Source of the DNA: Tubulanus polymorphus
Lineage: Eukaryota > Animalia > Nemertea
Assembly (NCBI RefSeq): GCF_964204645.1
Contig: NC_134025.1
Span: 25,214,299 to 25,278,298, forward strand
Direction of reading: 5' to 3'
DNA: 64,000 bases
In this document: positions 56,001 through 64,000 of the stretch, in pieces
Layout: every line of letters begins with the position of its first letter
Numbering within the stretch: the stretch's first letter is position 1
Program-made: the position numbers and the translations under genes
The notes under the pieces: generated by a model
What the model saw: the letters and a program-made list of their open reading frames with translations, nothing else
Told to the model about the DNA's origin: nothing
Databases searched by the model: none

Positions 56001-56712
56001 TTTCGAAAGTCAACGGATATACAAATATTGAAGTTGCAGGTGGAGTGCATTCAGTACAGAGACTCTTCACAATGGTTTTTCGACGCACCACATCACTGAT
56101 TGGCAGGTTTTTACCATTTTCCTCATCAAACTTTATCCGTCGTCGTTTGATTATTTCCCAAATTTCCTGTTTATCTTGAGTCAACTCAACATCACAGGTC
56201 TTCTGTCGTCTGATCAACTTCTCGCAATCCTCTTTCGAATTGTATTGATAGTTCAGAATTTTCATTAGTAATCCATCATCGTAAACATCATCTTCATCAT
56301 GAGTATTGTCCGTATAGATATCCTCATCACTCTCATCTTCATCAAATACTCTTAACTGAAGTCGTTTTTTAAAGCTAGTTCCTAATTTCTGAAGTTCACT
56401 AGTGCTACTATATGTATTAACTTCAGTTTGAAAGAAAATGATCAGAGAACCAAAACTTGTCAGTAAACTTAACATTCTATGCATTCCTTCATTCATTGAC
56501 ATACGTACAGGATTTACTTCATTAAAGAATGAAAGACCCAGGGAAAGTGGTTTGATACCCCTATACAAGTTTAAAGGCGAAGGCAGTAAACCTATAATAT
56601 GATAATTTCTATTTTTTGTTGAATCAGTTTCTTCAATTGGTTCACATTCCTCAGGTTTCATTCCATCATTTGAACTAGCAGCACCAGTGGGATCTTTTTC
56701 TTTTTCAACCAT
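53055..56712 (-). CDS. Inhibitor of apoptosis protein (3 BIR + UBA-like + RING) with a 1.9-kb first coding exon (56712-54816)
   Basis: BIR1 RLASFSQWP..VVCFCC..HQRFYPDC; BIR2 RLRTFSSW..KCAFC..EHRRHFSTC; BIR3 RMETFHNWP..VRCFFCDGGL..EHCRWFPQC; VRRVLDMGY; RING CKICMD..FLPCGHLVSCRGCA..CPICR..VRTFMS*. Confidence 0.94.
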
Positions 56713-57834
56713 GATGCTGTAAGAATAAATGATATGTTAAGGTTATAATACCCATTACCAAGAGTTCAGAGTAAGGAAAAATTGTAAGCTTAGCTCTGTG
56801 CCAACAAATTCCCTATACAGAAAGAGCACCCAAAATCATTTAACGCAGTTTAACTCAGATAGCCGTACGATGTTATTCATGTATACTGAGTACCTAGGGT
56901 ACTACTCACTAATAGTCAGTGCATGTCAACTAATTAAAAAGATGTTTTCCTGAAATCAGGCCCAGTCTACTAGGTAGTAAAAGGTTCAGTATATTCATTG
57001 AAAAGGGCTTAAAAAGTTTAAGTTTATATAACTTGTTTTGTATAACACAATAGTACAATAGCCTACTGAATACCAGACATTGTTACAGTGGGGAGGCTAG
57101 ATACGTAAGTCTATTTATTTTGGTCAGGTATGAATTTTTTGGTGATATTTCTCTTAATCTTTTGAACACATTAATATAAATGTCCTAAAAAATTTATAGA
57201 AAAAAATAAATAGCTTTTATAGTCACGGTCAGTTGTGGAGAAATGATAGGTAACAGGCTTAAAAGCCGATGGTCTCAAGAGAGTCTGAAACGTTGTGTCT
57301 CTTGATTTCAGAGATTGATAAATAAATTTCGTTATTAACCTTACAAATTTTTAAAAAGAGGGTTTTTTGTGAAACTAAATTAGATTGACAGCTCATTTGA
57401 AAGAACAAAACAGAACAGTACCCACACCTGTTTGATAAGTAAAAGAATCTCCAAAATTACATCGATAAATGTGAAAGCTATAAGGAAAACCCACACTAAT
57501 GATAGAATAAATGTACAGACTACTAGCGCCGCGGCTGGCTATGATACACCCTATTTTGATATTGGCTTGCTTTTGGCCATCCATTGCCATGGCATTAATC
57601 ATTCATACATTTACAAAAAGGGGCACCATAAATTGCTCTTAGGAGATAAGGGACATGTTATATTTGATGTTTACCTATTAAATACTATCTGTATAAGGTT
57701 ATATACATGAGAGAATGTACATTAGCCCCACCTAGTCTCCAAATACTGGCCACTAAAAATGAAACGATTTATTTTTTGTCCATGTCCTTGAATGCTATAT
57801 CATTCGGTGTCGAAGACATCTTCAAATAAATCAA

Positions 57835-60518
57835 ATGCAATCAGGATTTTATTGGTACAACATGGAGGCCGCTGGGCGTAATGAAACTTGTTCGGTTCAA
57901 GATGATTTCGTTATTTGTAACGGTACCTTATTCACACTACCGGAAAGGAAGCTGAATTACACGGATAATTTATTCTGGATATATATCGGGCTATATACAG
58001 GCCTTGTATTGTTTGCAGGTTAGTGTGTAAACCAGGTAAACCTATTTATTTGTTTGCGACGCACTAATTATTCAATTGTCATCGAGATGACATGACGAAA
58101 CTTGTCAATATACTTCACCACCAAACAAATGAATATATACTTTGACCTCATACGATGTCCATAGGTTCTTTAGAGAAAAAACTTTTATCATTGACATTAT
58201 CACTGATTTAGGAATCTAATGAGTGTTTGACCAGTTTCCAGTTAGGGAGAAAATTGACTCGGGCTCTACTAGCCTCTAGACTACATACTCACTCTTGGTT
58301 ACTGTCGTTCCAAGTTAGGGGAACCCGTACATCGTCTGGTATTCAGACTTACTCGATCCTTGTGGGTGGGTTCTAGCTCTGCCAACTGTTTAACAATTGT
58401 CATGATTTTCTGTAATTTACAGGACTTGTATCCGGATTAACGATGGGTCTACTCAGTATTGATACTACAAGTCTAATGGTTTTGAAAGAAAGCGGCACCC
58501 CTAAACAGCAAAAACAAGCAGCTAAGATTCTACCAATAGTACGAAGACATCACTTGTTACTAGTGACATTATTGTTAGCTAACGCAGCTGCTGTCGAAGC
58601 TATGCCTCTATTTTTGGATCGAGTCAGTGATCCAGTCACTGCTATAGTCGTCAGTGTATCTGCAGTTCTCTTATTCGGAGAGTAAGTCTTTGAATATTTT
58701 CTTAGACTTATCATCCTATTTCATTCATAGTGGTTCGATATTTTCAGGCGCTTACAGAATAAACAAAAAAAAAAAATTCCTTTCTCTTTCAGAGTATTTC
58801 CTCAGGCGCTTTGTACAAGATATGGTTTAGCGATAGGTTCTTCATTGACGTGGTAACTAATGCTCCTTATTTTTGAAGTAATGTGTATTTCTAATAAAAG
58901 ATGAAAGTTAAAAGTTTCATGCCTTCATTTGATCCAGGTTGGTGTACCTTTTGATGGCCTTGTTATTTGTGATAGCCTGGCCTTTGTCCAAATTCCTGGA
59001 CTGTCTGCTCGGTAAAGAACATGGGACATTTTTCCGACGCGCTGAGTTAAAGGCTCTCGTTGGACTTCATGGGCCACGCTCGGATGACTCAGAAAGTCCA
59101 ATAGATGGACAGGCTACTGAGCAACTTACTGAAGATGAAGTTTGCATCATAAAGGTAAAAAAAAAAATTACTAAGAAAAGTAAGGCATACCTGAATATCA
59201 CATTGAATAGTTTCTTATAGAAAATATATCTTATTTCAGGGAGCCCTTGATATGAAGTTTAAGACAGTGAAAGATGCTATGGTTTCATTGGACCATGTTT
59301 ATATGGTTGATCTGCAAGATAAGATGGATGGTACAAAGATGGATGAGGTGAAAAATTATCCTTTAGCAAACATGACACACTTTAGTTATATCGTATTGCA
59401 CTTGGTCGATTTGAATCTTCAGAAAACTAAGACATAAATATGAAATAATACTTCCAGATACTGAATAAATCACATTCCCGCGTTCCTGTTTTTGACAGAG
59501 ATCAAAGTAATGTCATTGGAATTTTACTGATTAAATGTCTGATAAAACTGAATCCAGCTGATGAAATTCCGGTATCAACACTAGTCAAGGATCGTAACTT
59601 CTTCAGAGAAGTTCCATTCGTTAAACATACAAAGCCTTTGTTCGATTTACTCAATGAATTCCAAACAGGGAAAAGTAAGTATTGTAGCCTTAAAGATTAT
59701 GATTATTAAATAATGATTAAATTATTAAACATACGGCATGTATAATATTGTAGGCCATCTATCCATTGTAATGCGTGGACCAGAGGAAGGTGAAGTTGAA
59801 ACAGCTTCCGAGGATGGTTCTATTAGAAAATCGGTAAATTTCCATAGCTGGACGGAAAACCTTGCTGATCGTAGATTTATTGAGAAAATATAAATTGTGG
59901 ACTATTGTTTGTGAATAGGCTATATTTCTAGTATCAATCGTTTCAGGAAGTTGTTGGTATAATCACGTTGGAAGATATCATTGAGGAACTGCTGCAAGAA
60001 GAGATAATTGATGAAACTGATATATATGTCGATGTAGCGAGGAAAATTCTCGTAGCTCATGCTATTGGTGCTGGCAAACCTGTAAGCATTCATTATCTCT
60101 ATTCATTAATCAGACTGGAACCAGACTGTTTTGGGAAATATGGTCTAGAATGGCCTTCTATCACAAGATATTGTTTCCACAGTTGTGGGTTAGAGTTAAC
60201 TCTTAGTTCATTTTCAATGTTTTAACTCGGGGTCAAATCTTAACTAACAACTGTGGAACTGGGTCCAGGGAGTCTTCCATACCCTTGACATAGGTACCCT
60301 TCAAATTTTGTTAGTATCTATTAACAACTGAAGATGATTTGAATTCTGAATGATCAAATCATTGAATTGCTATGTATTATCTATTGCAGGTATACCAGCG
60401 ATCAATATCCAGTAAATCAGCCAATCAGCGTCGTTCATACGGTTCAGTTAATACAGATGCGAAAGCTCCATTATTAAGCAATGATGAATTGTCTGACAGT
60501 TCATCTAAAAGTCAATAA
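57835..60518 (+). CDS. DUF21/CNNM transmembrane domain plus CBS-pair metal transporter, ~462 aa, 9 exons
   Basis: [15 protein letters not shown]; [23 protein letters not shown]; LLFGEVFPQALC; [10 protein letters not shown]; HSRVPVF; [10 protein letters not shown]; [22 protein letters not shown]; start codon uncertain (57835 or 57862). Confidence 0.9.
60175..60258. repeat. Short inverted-repeat element (MITE remnant)
   Basis: TTCCACAGTTGT...ACAACTGTGGAA inverted pair in the last intron of the DUF21 gene. Confidence 0.5.
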
Positions 60519-61003
60519 TGGTTGTTTTGTGATATTTAAGAACTTTATACAACCGGTCAGCCGACTAGATTTTTAAGCCAGTCAGTCTGATTAATAGTAA
60601 CATCTATCTTATTTGTATATTAATGCACATTGGCTTCCATGTAAAGTTATCGTATATCCAAGTTTGTATTTTTCATATTCTATAGTTATAGATCTATAGC
60701 TTTGTTCTTCAATTACTCAAAAGAATTGCAAATTTTGAAATAAAATTTATATGCTATACTTACTATTCTTAGTTCTCATGAAACATGCATTCTGAGGTTT
60801 CTTATGCCATTGATCTTACTGAATCAGGAAGTGGCATCTGGGTTTATTACCCAGTATATCCTGGTTCAGACAGTGGTATTTCATGGTATTTGCTGTGTAC
60901 TCTGGATCTGGGGAAACCCAAGTGGACAATTTATGGTCTTATAAGCCTATAAACACAATCTATTTTGTAAGAACTAACCTTCAATTATTCAAAATGAAAT
61001 CTT

Positions 61004-63492
61004 TTATTGACTTATTTGAGATGTTTTCGCTTCATCAAACTGAAGTAAATTCATTTTATCTTTGAAATAATCTTTAAACCAGTTTATGTGATCGATTTTT
61101 TCATCCACGGTAATCCAATAATTTTTTGATAATCCAACACACACTAATTCCATGAAATGCCGCAACGGTCCTTTCTTGGGAAAATCCTGTAAGTGTTTTT
61201 CGAGGAATATATGATCCTTAAAGCTGCATTTTTTCTCTTCATCACGACCTGTAATGAAAATGAAACCTTGTTTTACTGTTTTCCTGGCATCTTATAAACA
61301 GACCAGTAGGATAGACCAGAGTTGTTACATTGATACCCAGCTAGCCGAGTAAATATTCCAACTTTCAGTAAATACTTATTTTAGGAATTTTAAAATCTAC
61401 CATATCATGAAAAGAAGATTGTTGAGTACTGATGGATCATGACAGGCATGGAGACCATAAAACACAATTTGCAGGAGAAAATATGCAAACAAAATAAACA
61501 CCATTTTCCTATGTTTTCCCTGAGAGAAATTCGTTTCCTGTGTTTTCCACAATTGTAGTCTTTCTGGTACTAGCAAGATGGTATACAGTAAAACCATTAC
61601 CTTGATCATTATCTATTGGAAATTTCCATAAGATTCCTTGTCTTGTCCACTGAATCATCTCCTCAAATGCGTTACAAGGAGGTACATCTAGGAGAATTTC
61701 CACTTGTCTTTCTTCAGCTTTATCAAATATCGGATTTGTGGAACCTGTGACAAGTGAAAATCATACTGCATCAAGTAATATTTAAAATAGAAGTAAGGCT
61801 TAAAAAAATGATACCCTGATTTTCGTTTTCAGCTGGGTCATTTGGTAAATCGCAATAAAATGTGTAATCAGTTCATTTCTATAACTGCCGGGTCTGTTAT
61901 GGTTAGCTTGATCACAGTTTACAAAAAGAAGAAATGTACAAGGTAGATACGCGACCAGTCACACTTTTAAGCTCAGCAGAAAGGAAAACGAAGGTATCAA
62001 TTTTTTCAGCCTAAATTAAAATTTATCCCACATGTTCTTCATAGAATTGAATTCGCCAGCTTACCTTCTGTAGGCTTAGCATGGGCAACAGATTCCTCAA
62101 ATATATTTAGACGAGCTCCTTCAAACAATGTTTTCCTGTAACCAAATTCAAGAAATTACAACAGCGTACCTTAAAATTTATCAACACTCATGAACTTGAT
62201 AAGGGGTTAACAACACCTACACCTACACCTACACCTTGACACCTACTTTTGCCCTTTTGATTGTTGTTCCATAATGTTAAACGATTTCTGACTGAGGAAA
62301 CTATCTTTACCTGTGAATGAATACGTTTTCAAAGAAATCTACATATATTCACTTTTCACGGTACAATGAATATCATCATAATACGAAATACGGACCAGAT
62401 TTTTTTACTTCCTTTTCCACTTTCATTCCGGCAAAAAGTGAACTGAAAATATAGGCCTATAATGTGAGTGTTACATTCAATGTAAATCTTAGAATTTGGA
62501 TAACTGTGACGGTTATTAAAAGCTATTGTCCATTGATTATTGATTATACACCTCATGTCTACTGCTTTTTTTTCTTCAGGTTCAGAGTATCTTTGTTTAC
62601 GTTGTTCAGTTTTCTTTGAATGAGCTCGCAACTGCTGTAGTAGATCGGATTCAGTTTGTTCTCTGTTTCCGCCCAATTTTTCTGATACAGATTTCACCGA
62701 ACGCAGTAATTCAGGAGATACATCTATCAGAATTTCTGGTGACCTATGTAAAGAATTATCATCGTATTCGGAGCTTATAACTTCTGAAGAGTCGAATGCA
62801 TTTTCTCCACTTACGATATTCTCAAATCTTCTTTAACCTTTATGCGGTTCTTTGGTTTTGCCAGATCAATTTTAGATCTCTTTTCCTTTTCAGGTTTCTT
62901 ATCGTTGTCATCGTTTGATGATGAACAAAATCGGCGTCCGGTATCATTAATGGGAATTAACGCAGTAGCAGCTCTACAAAATGATAAAATAGCAATTACA
63001 CAATACTCATAGGCCTAAGCCTAGTTAGTTACCTAGACGTTGGTGGTAAACTTTTTATAATCGGATGGCTTATACCAACGTTATATATGTGGTTTGTGAA
63101 AATATGCGATCGTGAAACTAAACCACAGACAGGTTACTGACTAGCCTAAGCCTAGCCCTACATGTAGTTGGATAAAAATATGATTTTGTTCACTTGACGT
63201 TTTGACTGGGTCAGCGAGGACATTTTGGTAGGCCAGGGTTGGAAGAAAACGTTTATTTAACAACCTCACTCGACCGGGTCCGAACTCTGGTTTGAGCGGT
63301 GTATTTTTGAAAGAAAGTTAAATTCATTCAGCGGAAATCATGGATGAGATCGACACCCATATGTATAGTAAATTTATCTCTATTCTACCAGAATTAATGT
63401 GTGCGTACTTACCGAGAGCAACATTCAGCATTCGCCGTGAAAACCTGTTTTAATATCGAACTAGTGCGGCGACACAAGAGAAACGTCGCCAT
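61004..63492 (-). CDS. MRPS31: Mitochondrial small ribosomal subunit protein mS31, multi-exon
   Basis: NAFEEMIQWTRQGILWKFPIDNDQG; HIFLEKHLQDFPKKGPLRHFMELVCVGLSKN..KIDHINWFKDYF; Arg-rich N-terminus resembling a mitochondrial presequence. Confidence 0.9.
61797..62011. mobile_element. PIF/Harbinger-type MITE in an MRPS31 intron
   Basis: Left end GGCTTAAAAAAATGATACC matches the reverse complement of right end GGTATCAATTTTTTCAGCC, with imperfect pairing over about 40 bp; TAA on both flanks. Confidence 0.7.
62213..62246. repeat. (ACACCT)n microsatellite
   Basis: acacctacacctacacctacaccttgacacctac. Confidence 0.75.
63048..63143 (+). repeat. Short dispersed repeat, copy 2 (related to ~37955-38030)
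   Basis: Same ordered motif blocks as copy 1, plus an internal insertion. Confidence 0.6.
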
Positions 63493-63760
63493 GACTGTTT
63501 GAGGATCTCGACCGTCAAGTGCTGCCCCCTGGCGTGATATTCTGCAATCCATATCCGACAAATAGGGAAAGCGATAGCGTCGATCGACCTTGACATGTCA
63601 ACATCTTATAGGCCTGTTTTGGTCGATGGCTAGTGACGTCATCAAGATCGCCTTTTTGTTACTCCCACAGCTAAACAACTCACTTTTAACGGTTAACCGC
63701 TGAATTTGAATTTTCTGTCAAGTGTATTCTTGCTGGCTGTTGATTAAAAGATTGTGAATC

Positions 63761-63826
63761 ATGTTTTCCGAACGTGTTAAGCTTGTCTCCGGACCAGTTG
63801 GTGGGAATATTGGTTTGAAAAAAGAG
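63761..63826 (+). CDS. Possible first exon of an unidentified gene divergent from MRPS31
   Basis: atcATG, 22 codons MFSERVKLVSGPVGGNIGLKKE, then GAG|GTAGAT; CRE at 63634-63641 upstream; no family recognised. Confidence 0.3.
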
Positions 63827-64000
63827 GTAGATTGCAAGATTATAAAAAACTCACTGGGTAACACTGGTGAACGCCGCGAGGATCGTACACGGTGGTGCAG
63901 GCGAGGCGTCGCGACCGCGCGGCGGCAGGGCTTTTTAATTTTGGCTTTTGCCAGTTTTGGAGTCTTGTTATTGCCACCACGGCCACGTTACCACCACACT

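Overview
Gene-dense, AT-rich animal genomic DNA with many short GT-AG introns, most consistent with a compact invertebrate genome (lophotrochozoan-like; the species cannot be identified from sequence alone). Spliced genes reconstructed by eye, in order: TRAPPC3 3' part (+), a Fos-family bZIP gene (+) with an immediate-early-type promoter, a 24-exon ~933-aa gene joining a CFAP97/hemingway-type axonemal domain to two degenerate annexin cores (+), BDH2 (-), tyrosine hydroxylase (+), an intronless ankyrin/SOCS-box gene (-), NADSYN1 (+), an uncoupling protein (-), a beta-1,4-GalNAc-transferase (-), a 3xBIR-UBA-RING IAP (-), a short DUF21/CBS (CNNM-like) transporter (+) and MRPS31 (-). Non-coding features: several MITEs, a TIR element carrying TTAGGG-like repeats and a tRNA-derived cassette, hammerhead-like Penelope-type remnants and a minisatellite. 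The top candidate for novelty is the CFAP97-octad annexin fusion, which has an RFX X-box upstream. All family calls are by motif recognition; no database searches were run.
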